A stretch of 63,010 nucleotides of DNA, counting the filler, from Rozella allomycis CSF55 (lineage: Eukaryota): the NCBI GenBank assembly GCA_000442015.1. It is 6 parts of 6 records of this genome, joined end to end, with 100 filler letters (N's around TTAATTAATTAA, not from the genome) between each part and the next. Parts side by side here need not be neighbours in the genome. Positions count along the whole stretch, not along the records: positions 1 to 25,458 come from KE560918.1; 5 more parts are not named here. One strand, 5' to 3'. Of the stretch, positions 1 to 12,600 are shown one piece after another. Under the pieces are notes generated by a model that was given only the letters and a program-made list of their open reading frames with translations, searched no databases and had not been told where the DNA came from. Positions within the stretch are counted from its first letter, which is position 1, and the number at the start of each line of letters is the position of its first letter. Both the position numbers and the translations under genes were made by a program.

Positions 1-219
1 AATGAAATAAACCATCAATGAATTAAATAACATTATCCAACACGGGATCCTACTGACAAAAATAAGTGAGCAACTTTTCACAGCCAAAATCTATGTGACA
101 CCCATATATTGGTTCGTATTCTTTTTTATGGGAGTGATATGACGTCAAATTGACGTATGATATTTGATACATGATGAAGTACCTGTCAAATATAGATATA
201 TAGCCCAACCTGCCCAACC

Positions 220-537
220 CATGTTTTTCTAATGCAATTGAATTCTGAATTGCAATCGGAGACGGAGTCAGAATTGCAATCGACTTTTGAATCGCATTCA
301 ACAGCTGAATCGCGATTGAATTCTGAAGAACAAAAGATATTTGATAATATAATTTCCTCACTAAAAGTAAATGTCCGCTTAAGTGGTTATTAGACTGCTT
401 CACATTACGCAAAAATAAATCCAGACAGAAGAGAATTTTTGGATGCTGTTTTGGATGTTATTGAACTGCGTTTCAGCCATATGATCAATAAAGATTTGTC
501 TTCTCGTATAAATGCCCAAGAAGCCATAGATAAATAA
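220..537 (+). CDS. 3' end of an unidentified gene, possibly kinase-like C-terminus
   Basis: Open frame from 220 (QLNSELQSETESELQS...), then a 27-nt GT-AG intron at ~367-393, then TASHYAKINPDRREFLDAVLDVIELRFSHMINKDLSSRINAQEAIDK*. The tail loosely resembles kinase subdomain XI (MLxxDPxxRxTAxEAL). Upstream exons unresolved. Confidence 0.3.
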
Positions 538-767
538 AGAAGATAGTGAAGTTTTCATAAATTTTTATTAACGGGTCCTAATCTATTAACACTACATTGA
601 TAATAATTTAATAAAGTCATCTTTATTGAGCCTTGTTTTGTGAGTGAACGGTTGGTGCCTTTCTGTAATAAATAATACTTTGTGAACTGCAAAATATTTA
701 AATAAAGAGAACATAAAGCAATATGGATTGAATTAAATGCCACTACCCTAAATTAACTTAACATAGT

Positions 768-3700
768 TTATTGAATAAAAGATTTAATAAAAGGAGAGAT
801 ATTCTGTGCATACTTGAACAACTTGTTCTTTTCCTTTTCATTATCCGTTATACAAGCTTGTGCATATTTAACGAGACCCCTTGCGTTTTGATTATCGCCA
901 ACCATCTCCAAACAGTTATTAATAAGATCCACAGACTTTGAATTCACGGCAATGCACAATTTGCAATACAACAAAAGATTTGTGTTTAAATGCTCAGCTT
1001 TATTGACGTCACCAGAATGATCACCTAAATTAAGGTCGGTCAAATAACTGAGAGCCTGATCGTTATACCCAAGCGACACAAGTGTATTCACCAAATCAAC
1101 AACTACCAGTGGATTATTCTGCAATTTCAGCGCATTTTGGAAAGCCACACTAGCCTTTTCCAAAGTCGACGTTGATTGATTCAAATTTGGCGCAGATTCC
1201 GCATCCTCTTTTACATCTAATTTCACCTTGTCCATTTGATTCGTCAAAGCATCCAATTCACTTAATTGCACTAAAATCCTTCCAAGCAGCCAATAACACT
1301 TGAATTTAATGCAAGAACTCCCCGTTGATTTCAAAAGCGCGTCAGTTTCTTTGAATGATTTTGATAAATAATCCTTCTGCCTGTTGTTTGAATAGACACC
1401 AAAAGCGTAAAATAATTCAGCACGAAGGAATTTTAGGTAATCTAGATGAGAACTGTTTGATAATCTTTCAAGGACTGATAATGTGGATCTTAGGCGAGCG
1501 AGTAGATTTTCAGAGTTTGATTTAAATGAATTGTTTATGTTTAATTGATTTCTAAGTGAAATATAAAACACGTAGAATGTTTTGAAGCATGGGGTTAACC
1601 TTACAGCTTTCTGTGCATAAATTAGACTGGAGTTAGATTCAACGTTTAACATTGAATAACAGAAAGATAATAGAGAATAACACGTGGATAAACTAGANAA
1701 TAACACGTTGATAAACTAGATGAATCTTTAAATGAATTAGCTTCAACAGCTTTGAGACAAAATTCAATAGAAGTCTTGTAATCTCTAGAGTTTGAATAAA
1801 TTTGTGCAAGTTGTTGAAAATGATCTGAAGAAATATTTTCCAACATTGAAATCTTTTCAGCCATCTTGATTGCTTCGTTCTTTAACCCATGATACATCAA
1901 CAATTGACATTTCTTTAATTCAAAGTCAACATCATTTGAATCAAAATCATAATTTAGAAATTTATTCAAAAGATTAGAATCTAAACTAGATTGGGCTAAT
2001 AAATGATTAAAGAGCATTTTCTTGTTTTCGAAATTTCTGAAATAATTAATGAAATTTACAGAATCCAAGTGTGACAAATTGAAAGTGATAAATTGTTGTA
2101 ATGGATGTAGAAGTGGCAATTGAGATTGTAATAATTTTAAAGATTCAATATTGTTGGAAGCCAAGTGGTAGTAAAAGAGATCAATTGGATCACCTGGTTC
2201 ACTTGAACCTAAATTGTCGAAACATTTACTGAATAGTTTGTTAGATTCGTTAATTCTTCCAAGTTTAAATAAAATTCTAGCTTTATCGAATCCATGAGAA
2301 TAATTGAGAGCCAAATCCAGACAATTCAATTTTTCATACAAGAGCATTAAAACTCTTTCGCAATTTGGTTTCAATTTAAAGTTTCTTTCAAATACTTTAA
2401 TTGCAGCGAATAAAACATTTTCCTTTATGGTGGTAGAGTCATTAAATATTTTGTTTAGAGAAGAAAAGACAAACATTTCAAAGACAGCAAAGGAATCAAA
2501 GTTTGAAATTTCAAGAGAATGATTTAAAAGAGAAACAAATTCAGAATAATCAAAATGTTGAGCTATTAAAGATTGACAGAACCAAGCCACTGAAGTTTCA
2601 GGATCTAAAGTTTGAGCATTTGAGAAACATTTATTTGCCAATTCAATATCGTTATTTATTAAATACAAAATACCTAGATTTATAAAAGATTCAGATGATT
2701 TATTCAATTCTAAAGATTTAATGAAACAATGTTGACTGAATAAACAATCCTTGTCTATATTTAGAATACCCAACAAATTCCAATATTTATCATTCTTTGG
2801 ATTGTATTTAATTGCTGTTTGAACACTTTTGATTGCCAAATCTATTTCTAATTTTAGTTTATAGAAATAAGCCATTTCAAAATACAAATATCCCAAATTT
2901 CGAAATTTCAACGTTTTCATTTCTTGTAACAATTTCAATCCATAATCAATCAATTCAATTCTACTGGAAACTTTTATTTCTTCAATTGAATGGTCAATTT
3001 CTAATTTTAGAATTAATTTGATGCAATCTAGGATCATTTTGTAGAAAACAAATCTAAATTCTATTTTTAAATCAAGATCTAAGCCATCCATGGAAAATTT
3101 TATTGCTTTTTTAGAATTGGAGATTGAAGAATTAAAATTGCCAGATTTTAGGTCATCAATTGATTTTAAATAGAAGCAATCACTTAAACCTTTTAATTTT
3201 AGTAGAATAAAGTTATTTGAATCAATCTGATTGAACAATTCTATAGCCTTGTCTATTAAACCCAATTTTAATTTTATAGAAGCCATTTGATAAATAACAT
3301 TTGAGACATTTGAGGGTGAGAGGCTGTGAGTCTCTTTACCTTGAATATCATTATCTCCTTTACTTTCACCTCCAACCCCTTCAACTTTAACCCCTTCACC
3401 TCCAACTACTTCAACTTTCATTCTCTCTTCATAGGATCGCTCAAATGCTTTAAGAGCAGCTAAATACTTTCCACTTGATTTATACGCTTCACCTAAACCC
3501 TCCCAACACTCAAAATCCTTTTAAATGAAATAGAAACAATAATTACTTTAACTCCCAATCTTAAACTAGTTTGAAATGCTAAAATGGATTCATTAAATTT
3601 CTCTTGCTTCAATAATAGAAAGCCAAGATATTTCCAAGTCCATTGTTCTCTTGAATTCACTTTATGAAAATTTTCAATTAAATTTAAGATTTCTTCTTGA

Positions 3701-5393
3701 TTGCATAAATTGATTAATTCTTTCAATGATTCTTCATTACCCTGGTCAATTGAAATTGCTTTTAAATAACATTTTTTAGATCTATTTTTATCTTTATTTA
3801 AATAGAAATGACCAAGATAAACAAATGGATCTGCAAATGAATTATTTAATTGGATTGATTTTAAGAAATATTCAAATGATTTTTCATAATCTTTTAATTT
3901 CCAATAAATTCTTCCCATTCTATAAAAATTTATTTCATTTTCTTTCAATTTCAAAACTTTTATTCCAATTTCTTTTGCTTCTTCAACCCTCTCCAAATTC
4001 AACAAAATCCATGCCTTTTCTGATAAAGCTTTTTCATTATTCTCATCTATTTTTATTATCTCTTTCAAATACTTTAATGCTTCTTCATATTTCTTCATTT
4101 CACTCATCACTCTACTCAACCCTTGCAATACTTTTAAATCTCTTTCATTTTCTTTCAACAATTTTTCATAAATCTCTTTTGCATTTCCAAAATATTTTAA
4201 ATCTAAATTAAAATAACTTTCTGCCATCATCAACAAACACTTCCGCTTCATTCTCTTATTCCCCTCGTCAATTCTTTCATTCAGTTTTATACAAACATTC
4301 AACACTTCTTCATAAATCTCCTTTTTCTTTTTAACTGCTTCCCCTTGCATCATTAAATCTGCCTTTAATATAGATCCAATCTTTGTTCCTTTCTTCAATT
4401 CCACATTCTCCCATTTTCCATCAACCAATTCTCTCATCATCAAATAAAAATCATCTTCCTTATTCTCCACTCGTTCAAAATACTCTTTAATAAACTCTTC
4501 ATCCAAGTCTTCATATCCTTCACAATCAACACTCTCCAAATACATCTCTGCCATTTCATCATCCCACAGCTTCATCTCCCTTCTCCATTCAAACACTCTC
4601 TTCTTTACATTCATCCCATTCCTCTTCATATCCTTAATCATCTTTATCCTCATCTTTTCCCTCTCCTCCCCTTCCACACAACTCTCAATCATCTCCTCAT
4701 ACATCCCAACCATATTAAACTTCTCACTAGCCTCATTCATCACCTTCTCACTAATCTCACTCAAAGGCTCAGCACTAATCCTCATCCTCCTCTGCTCAAT
4801 CTCACGCTTCATCCACTCCTCCCTCTCCCTTTCAACAATCTCCAATCTCTCCTTTTTCAACCCATACTCATCAAGCATCCCCTCATACTCTTCCTTCCTC
4901 CCTACAATCTCTCCTATCAACTCCACAACCCTCATCCCATTCCCCCGTCTCGCCACTTGCAACATCTTCATATTCACCTCCAAATGCTTCCTCCACTCCT
5001 TCCTTCCTCACAAACCCCAAATCCCCTTACCTGTCCTCATACAACCTCTTCAAATATGCACCACTCTCCTCAAACTCTTTCATCCTTCCACTCTTTTCAT
5101 ACACTTGGAACAATCCCTCTCACACAGCACATTACACTTTACCTGCCATCCCAACACATTCTCGGCATCANCTGCCATCCCAACACATTATCAGCATCAA
5201 GCTCAACCGCTTTCTTATAACTAGCCTCGCTCTCTTCGTACTTGCAGAGATTATACAGCGCTAGGCCACTGAATATGTAGCCATGGTAGTCTGCTCCATA
5301 ACTCAGGATCTGCTCACACGTCTTGTACGCTTCCACATACTTTTTGTAGTTCAGAAATTGTTTGGCTTGTTTTAGAAGCGTTTTCTGGGACAT
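768..5393 (-). CDS. SKI3: Superkiller complex TPR protein Ski3/TTC37
   Basis: Starts MSQKTLLKQAKQFLNYKKYVEAY...YHGYIFSGLALYNL. Many TPRs; spliced DFECWEGLGEAYKSSGKYLAALKAF and YWNLLGIL...SQHCFIKSL...FINLGILYL match Ski3. Split into four ORFs by short introns and n-joins at 1698 and 5171. Confidence 0.85.
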
Positions 5394-5585
5394 TTGTGGC
5401 GCAGATTTAGGGTCGAACAGATTCAAAATGTAGAGTCTATACGATTGTAAAATATAATTAACGGAATGAAAAAAGGCCCTGTTACTTAAAGTTGGAGAAA
5501 ACATTTTAACGGTTAATTTTGACTATTGTTGAATAAAGGATTCGCATTGAAATATGATAAGGAATTATTAAAGTTTAGTTATTTA

Positions 5586-7526
5586 TTAAATATTTAGAAA
5601 TCTTGGCCTTGGTCTTCTTGAACGCCTTTGCTTTACAAAGTATGAGGTGAATACAGAAAGACCTAAAACACCCAACACAATACCTCCCACCAAAGCAGGA
5701 ATACTCATCTTACTTTTTTCATCGTCTTCACTTTTAGGGCTCTTGATCGCGATAGTATTTTTTGCGGACATAGGTTTGATAGTCAAATCTGGCAACGGAT
5801 TTTGATCGACTTGTGTCGGTGGGGCTTCTAAGACTCCGGAAGATTCAGGACTCTCTGTTTCTTGTAATTCTGGGTCGTGCGGACCTTCAACTTGTACAGG
5901 CGGGGCTTCTAAGACTCCGGAAGATTCAGGACTCTCTGTTTCATTTAATTCTGGATCGACTTGATTTTCATCAACTTGAACAGGCGGGGCTTCTAAGACT
6001 TCAGCAGATTCAGGACTCTCTTTTACTTGTAATTCTGGATCGTGCGGACCTTTGACTTGTACAGGCGGTGCTTCTAAGACTTCAGCAGATTTAGGACTCT
6101 CTTTTACTTGTAATTCTGGGTCGATCTCGCCAACTTTTGATTGCATGTCGGATTGGACAATTGCAGCGTCCTCTGGTTCCATAGTTCTAGTGACTTCAAT
6201 AGGTTTTGAATCAACAGAACTGGACATTACGCGAGCTTCATTTGTTTTCCCATTAGCAAATTTGATTCTTTTGTCTTTTTCAAATTGATCTTCTACAATT
6301 TTAACTTTTGCTTCATCCTTGATCATTTTCTCCCGATTAGTATTGACATTGCCATTGTTATTTTCATTATCAATTAGCTGTATGGGTTTGCTTGAGACAA
6401 CGGTACTTCCATCTGTTTCAAATGAATCTTGAATCTGAACATTTGATTTCACGGGTTTAGACTTTGTTTTAGCAAGTAATTGTTTAGATTTTGTTCTTTT
6501 TTGAAGCCAAACAAGACCCAAGTAAGTAATGACTCCAAATGTCTGCACGGCCAACGTAATGTTGAGGTCTTTTCTTTTAAAATTGTCCCATATTTCAGTA
6601 AGATCAGTATTTGTAGCGTTAGAGAGAGCTTTTAACAAGATTTCCTTTTTTGCTGATATATTTAAGGATAGATAATAATCAACAACTTCGTCTTTTACGC
6701 TTGCAATTTTTCGAATTATATTAATCGCTTTTGAAGTCATAACAGCAAAGTTTTCATATTTCAAATTCTTTACGAAATTTTTAGTCTCTTCTAAAGATGG
6801 AGCCGTAGGTCTTTCTTTTGATGGTTCTTCATTCAAAGGGGCTTTCTCTAACGCAGGTTCAGCATTATTCAGCACCTCAGGAACAGGGCCCAGCTCAGGC
6901 AAAGATGGAAGTCCAGTCCTTACGTCAGAATCCTTATCCCCATGGTCGTTTTTGGAAGAGTCTTGATTTACATTTTGGACTTCCCCGGAATTATTGCTAT
7001 TGTGCGCAGGAACTATATTTTGATGATCCGTTGGGACAACTTTGAAATGACTATTACTATATGCCTCAGGAGATACAAAAAAATTATCGCCTCTCTTTGC
7101 AGCAAGATGGATCGACGTGTTCGAGTAATCTTGTTCTACGGTCTGCTGCAGAGGCACAAACGGTCCCTTTATTGATTTTTCGGGAATTGATTTCACAGCT
7201 GAAGTAGTTTTTTTGACATTATGCGGATCCTCGATCAGGCTGGTGAATGCGTTATAGAGGTCCCCGGCTAGATTTGAATTCTCCTTGTCATTTTTATAAT
7301 CAAGTTTAACTTTAGTAAGTTCAAAGTTGTTTGCGTTTTCATATTGATAAGAATAACCTCTGTCAATCAAAGGCTTTGAAGGTTGTGCATAACCAAGGTT
7401 AACATTCTCGAAAACATAAGTAGGATTTATGTTTGGACTAGGTAAAGCCTCGTTTCCATGAACTACTGTCAAATATGTGGAAACCAACAACAGCAACACC
7501 TCTTTAGATTTTTGACTACTGAACAT
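5586..7526 (-). CDS. Orphan secreted/membrane-anchored protein (646 aa) with Pro/Glu repeat stalk
   Basis: Signal-like N-terminus (VLLLLVSTYLTVVHG), internal hydrophobic segment (LAVQTFGVITYLGLVWL), four tandem repeats, C-terminal TM (IPALVGGIVLGVLGLSVFTSYFV) and basic tail. Intronless. Confidence 0.8.
   Translation of the reverse strand: MFSSQKSKEVLLLLVSTYLTVVHGNEALPSPNINPTYVFENVNLGYAQPSKPLIDRGYSYQYENANNFELTKVKLDYKNDKENSNLAGDLYNAFTSLIEDPHNVKKTTSAVKSIPEKSIKGPFVPLQQTVEQDYSNTSIHLAAKRGDNFFVSPEAYSNSHFKVVPTDHQNIVPAHNSNNSGEVQNVNQDSSKNDHGDKDSDVRTGLPSLPELGPVPEVLNNAEPALEKAPLNEEPSKERPTAPSLEETKNFVKNLKYENFAVMTSKAINIIRKIASVKDEVVDYYLSLNISAKKEILLKALSNATNTDLTEIWDNFKRKDLNITLAVQTFGVITYLGLVWLQKRTKSKQLLAKTKSKPVKSNVQIQDSFETDGSTVVSSKPIQLIDNENNNGNVNTNREKMIKDEAKVKIVEDQFEKDKRIKFANGKTNEARVMSSSVDSKPIEVTRTMEPEDAAIVQSDMQSKVGEIDPELQVKESPKSAEVLEAPPVQVKGPHDPELQVKESPESAEVLEAPPVQVDENQVDPELNETESPESSGVLEAPPVQVEGPHDPELQETESPESSGVLEAPPTQVDQNPLPDLTIKPMSAKNTIAIKSPKSEDDEKSKMSIPALVGGIVLGVLGLSVFTSYFVKQRRSRRPRPRFLNI
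5795..6123 (-). repeat. Four coding tandem repeats of 27-28 aa (81-84 nt)
   Basis: DPELQVKESPKSAEVLEAPPVQVKGPH / DPELQVKESPESAEVLEAPPVQVDENQV / DPELNETESPESSGVLEAPPVQVEGPH / DPELQETESPESSGVLEAPPTQV. Confidence 0.9.
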
Positions 7527-7614
7527 TTTGTGTGGCGGTGCAAAGAAAAAAAGCCTTGTCTATATTTAGAATGGAGTAGTCTTGATGTAAAAAAAATTAA
7601 AATGCCTATTTAAG

Positions 7615-9377
7615 TTATATTTTATTGATATGTGAAGGTTTTTTAAATACTAAATACAGCGCTAATCCTAGTATTGTGGATGCTCCAATAATGCCACAAA
7701 CAATTATACCAAAGCTTAGTCCTGTATAATTTACTTCTTCCTCCTCTGATTTTGTGTTTCCTTTCTTGCTGTTATCATTTGATGGCATTTTTAATGTCAC
7801 TGGCTTCTGTTCCTTACTAGTACTTATCTCCGATACTCGTAAGTGTGTAATTTTATCACCCATATAGGTCGATTCTTTTTCAAACTCATTTTTATCACCA
7901 ATTATACGGGAACTTGATGTCTTATTTCTATCAACATTGCCATCGGTACAAGGTAAATTGGAATCCCCTGAAACGAATTTTTCGTTGAGGGGAACTTTAA
8001 AATCATCACGTGGATTCAATTTAGCATAGTGGATAACATATAGCGCGAATGCTAGAAAGCAAAAAATGAGAGATTTTCTAAGTAGACCAGTAAATATACT
8101 TACCTTGTCATATTATTGGACGCAATCATTTTTTGAATTTTGGGATTCTTGTAAAGATCCCAAGCCTTTCGCAAATCATTTGCATTAGAGCGCGAAATAA
8201 CATTCAAAATGATACCTTTCTTTTCTTCATTTCTCAAATTTTCCGTCACTCTGTCAGCATTAACATTCGCAACTTCTGATAGCGGTCCAGAAAATGCGGA
8301 TATGATTTCATCGATCATTTCAGGTTTCATGGCATCTAATTCTTGACTAATGTTGTGTAAAATAGATAAATGACTTTCCAAAAATAATGAGACATCGTTA
8401 AATTTACTTAACGCAAATGTTTTGGGACCAAGCGCATTGTTTTTGGTATACAACGTACATGAAGCCTTCTCTGATAGATCAGTAACTAGTGGAGAAATGA
8501 AACAATTCTTTCTTCCATCAAAAGGGCCAGTGTATTCCGGAATTTGATTTTGTTTGAGGCTTCCAGTGACCTTATCTTGAACATTTTCGGATACAAAGCT
8601 ATTTTCTCTGCTTTTCTTTTGTTTAAAAGATACACCACATGAGGCTTTTTCTAATAATTTATTCGCCAGAGGAGACATGGGGCAATTATTCAATTCACCT
8701 AGAATCTCTAAGTTATTCAGGCTTGGAGCTTTCTTTGGTACTATCTTGAAATTATTTTGAGCCGTGAGATCATATTCAGGTACCAAGTTCTTTGATTCAT
8801 GAATCTTTGAAAAATGGAGCAGAGCACCTCCAAGAAATCCCATAGCCAGAATTGTAGACACGACAGACTGGACACTGAATTTTGAAACGACGCTTTTCTT
8901 ATACCAATTCTTGACTCGAAAACTAAATGTACTAACATGCGCATCGATCTCCTCCATTTTCGACGCCAATAGTTGGAACAGTTCTTTTGCAAAATCGGAA
9001 TCTGTTTTGCGATTCTCGGGCACATTCTGCAATAATTTGTCTGGATGATATTTTTTTTTCTGCTCCTTGCTCCAAGCCTTTAGTTTTTGTTGAGAAGTCA
9101 AATGGAAATGTGAGATAATACTTTCCATGTCACTGTGTTTTAAGAAGAAGAAATAGTCAACGGCTTCGTGTAGTTTGGGATGAACATTACTCTTCACTAA
9201 TTGGATCTGATTTTCCAATTCTTCTGAAAGAGGATGATCGTTGTTCCGAACGCTTTGGGGAATACCTATCACAACTTGATTCGTAGATTCCATTCCATCT
9301 TCGTTTAAAAATTCTTTTGATTGGTGACTATTGGTCATTTGTAAGTGGCTAATTATGTCAAATGATCGTTGCATCAT
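7615..9377 (-). CDS. Orphan multi-TM protein with N-terminal J-domain-like (HPD) segment; two exons
   Basis: A 26-nt intron (8078-8103, GTAAGT...TTAG) joins the 425-aa and 134-aa ORFs in frame (NMTR|KSLIFCFLAFALYVIHYAKLNPR). LKAWSKEQKKKYHPDK...AKELFQLL resembles DnaJ helices II-III. Three hydrophobic segments. Confidence 0.7.
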
Positions 9378-9658
9378 CTACAATCTAGAAATGACAATCA
9401 TCTGATAGTTTTCGACTGACTCAGGGCTGATTATAGATTGATAAAACATACTAAAAAGTTAAGATTCAAAATAAAGATCAATTTCTATGATTTGATATCG
9501 ATAAAATCTTAAAGTGTTTCTGTTTCACAACTTTGGGAGGAAGTCTTTAAAATAAAAATATATTGAAACTTAATTTAAACGTTCAATTTTTAATAACAAC
9601 GGATCCTCTTTCCTCTTGCCCGTTATAAATTTGTTTTAACCCTGGTCGAGGGCAAAGA

Positions 9659-12600
9659 ATGGATTTTGACCACGACACAGCCGAGCTAACGCAAGAAGAC
9701 TGTTGGACCGTTATTTCGACGTTTTTTGAAGAAAAGGGCCTTGTTCGGCAGCAAATAGACTCTTTCGATGAGTTTATCCAGAACACGATGCAAGAAATCG
9801 TGACTGAGAATGGGCAGCTGGTGTTGCAAACAGCGCAGCAGCATAGCGGCAAGGAGGGGGATGTATCAAAGAAGTATGTGATAACGTTTGACCAGATATA
9901 TTTGAGTCGGCCGAGTCATACGGAAGCTGATGGAACTATGCAAGCGATGGTGCCAAATGATGCTCGGTTGAGGAATCTGACGTAGGGATATTTTTGTGAA
10001 CGAATGTAGATATGCGGCGCCGTTGTATGTTGATATTAAGAAGCAGACGTTTGTTGGGGAGGATGAGGATGAGGAGATGGTTGAGAATGAGGATTTGCAA
10101 AAGGTGTTTATTGGCAGAATCCCGATGATGTTGCGCAGTTCGTTTTGTACGTTGGGGCAGGTTGCAGATGAAGATTTGACTGATGTTGGTGAGTGTCCGT
10201 ATGATCAGGTAAATGAAATGTAGATGTGAGAGTAGGGAGGGTAAAAAGATAATAATTAATAGAGAGATATTTTATAATTAATGGCAGTGAAAAGGTGTTG
10301 ATAGCACAAGAAAGATTGGCTACTAATCAAGTGTTAGTATTTGCAAAGGCGCCGCCGTCGACTTATTCGCATGTAGCAGAGATCAGATCTACTATAGAGA
10401 GGGGGATACATAAATCGAGTGCATTGAGCATAAAGATGATGAGTAAGAATAGTGAGAAGGGTGCTAGTGGACAATATATAAGAGCGACGTTGCCATATAT
10501 TAAACAAGATATACCTATTGTTGTAGTGTTTAGAGCGTTGGGGTTTGTAGCTGATAATGATGTGTTGGAGCATGTGTGTTATGATTTTAATGACCAGGAG
10601 ATGTTGGAGATGCTGAGACCATGTATAGAAGAAGCCTTTGTTATTCAAGAAGAAAGTGTAAATAGAGATGAATGAATGATAAGAATAGGTGGCATTAGAT
10701 TTTATTGGTAGAAGAGGGATGACTATTGGTGCAAGCAAAGAGAAGAGAGTGAGATATGCAAAGGATATTTTACAAAAAGAAATGTTGCCGCATGTGGGAA
10801 TAGAAATGAATTGTGAGACTAACAAAGCGTTCTTTTTTGGATATATGATTCATAGATTGTTGCTGGTAGCATTAGAAAGAAGAGAGCAAGATGATAGAGA
10901 TCATTATGGAAAGAAGAGAATGGATTTAGCTGGACCACTATTAGCAGGATTGTTTAGAATGTTGTTCAAAAAGTTAACGAAAGATGTTGGAAGATATTTG
11001 CAGAAAGTAATGATAACGTTATTTGGGGATAGTGTATTGATAGCAATAGAGATTTTAATTTGACGTTGGCTGTTAAATCAAATACAATTACTAATGGGTT
11101 GAGATATTCAATAGCTACAGGGAATTGGGGAGATCAAAAGAAATCAATGGAGAGTAGAGTTGGAGTATCGCAAGTGTTGAACAGGTAAATGTATTTTGTG
11201 ATGAGTAGAAGATATACATATGCATCAACATTGAGTCATTTAAGGAGAGTGAATACGCCTATTGGAAGAGATGGCAAATTGGCTAAACCTCGACAATTGC
11301 ATAATTCACATTGGGGGATGGTTTGTCCAGCAGAAACACCTGAAGGACAAGCGTGTGGTCTAGTTAAAAATTTGTCTTTGATGACTTATATTTCAGTAGG
11401 AACAAGTCCTGCCCCAATCATTGATGCATTAAAGATTTATCAAATGGAATATTTAGCAGAAATATCACCAACTTCAATATCAAATTCAACAAAGATCTTT
11501 ATTAATGGAAATTGGGTTGGAATCCATAATGATCCAAAGAGATTGATTAATGATTTGAAAAAGTTTAGAAGAGAATGCGCAATTTCATTTGAAACAAGTC
11601 TTGTGCATGATGTTAGAGAAAAAGAAGTTAGAATTTTAACTGACGCTGGTAGATGTTGTAGACCTTTATTCATTGTTCAAAACCAATCCATTCAATTAAA
11701 TCAAAATCATTTAAATCAATTACAACAAAGAGATGTTACTGGATTTAATTGGCAAAATCTTTTAGAGAATGGTATCATTGAGTATTTAGACGTAGAAGAA
11801 GAAGAAACTTGTATGATTTGTATGACCCCTGAAGTAACATTTACGAAATTTCATAAATAGGATTTGAATGAAGCAAAGAACATAGCAGACTTTCCAACTA
11901 AATACACTCACTGTGAAATCCATCCTTCAATGATTCTAGGCATTTGTGCTTCTATTATACCTTTTCCTGATCACAATCAATCTCCTAGAAACACTTATCA
12001 ATCTGCTATGGGTAAACAAGCCATGGGAATCAATGCTACAAACTTTCAAAGAAGAATGGACACTCTCAACAATATTCTATTCTATCCTCAAAAACCTCTA
12101 GTCACAACTCGCTCCATGGAATATCTTCACTTTAGAGAATTACCTGCAGGCCAAAATGCTATTGTTGCTATTGCTTGCTACTCTGGCTACAATCAAGAAG
12201 ATTCTGTCATCATGAATCAAAGCGCTATTGATCGTGGTTTGTTTAGAAGTATTTGCTATAAAACTTATTCAGATGAAGAAAAGAAGGTTGGCACTCTTCA
12301 AGTTGAAGAATTCATGAAACCTACATTTTCTACAACTGTTAGAATGCGTCATGGCACTTATGATAAATTAGAAGATGATGGCTTAATTGCTCCTGGAACA
12401 AGAGTTTCTGGTGATGACATTATGATTGGAAAAACGGTGCCTATTCCTGAAGATTCAGATGAACTTGGCCAAAGAACTCCTTCTCACACCAGAAGAGATG
12501 CTTCTACTCCTTTGAAATCAAATGAACACGGTATTGTAGATCAAGTCATGCTTTCTACAAACTCTGATGGATATCGTTTTGTTAAGATTAGAGTCTCTTC

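Noticed and set aside
1646..5220. SKI3 (and OXSM, ARP8, F-box copies) as frameshifted pseudogenes
   Set aside because: Frame breaks coincide with single n joins or with short GT-AG introns.
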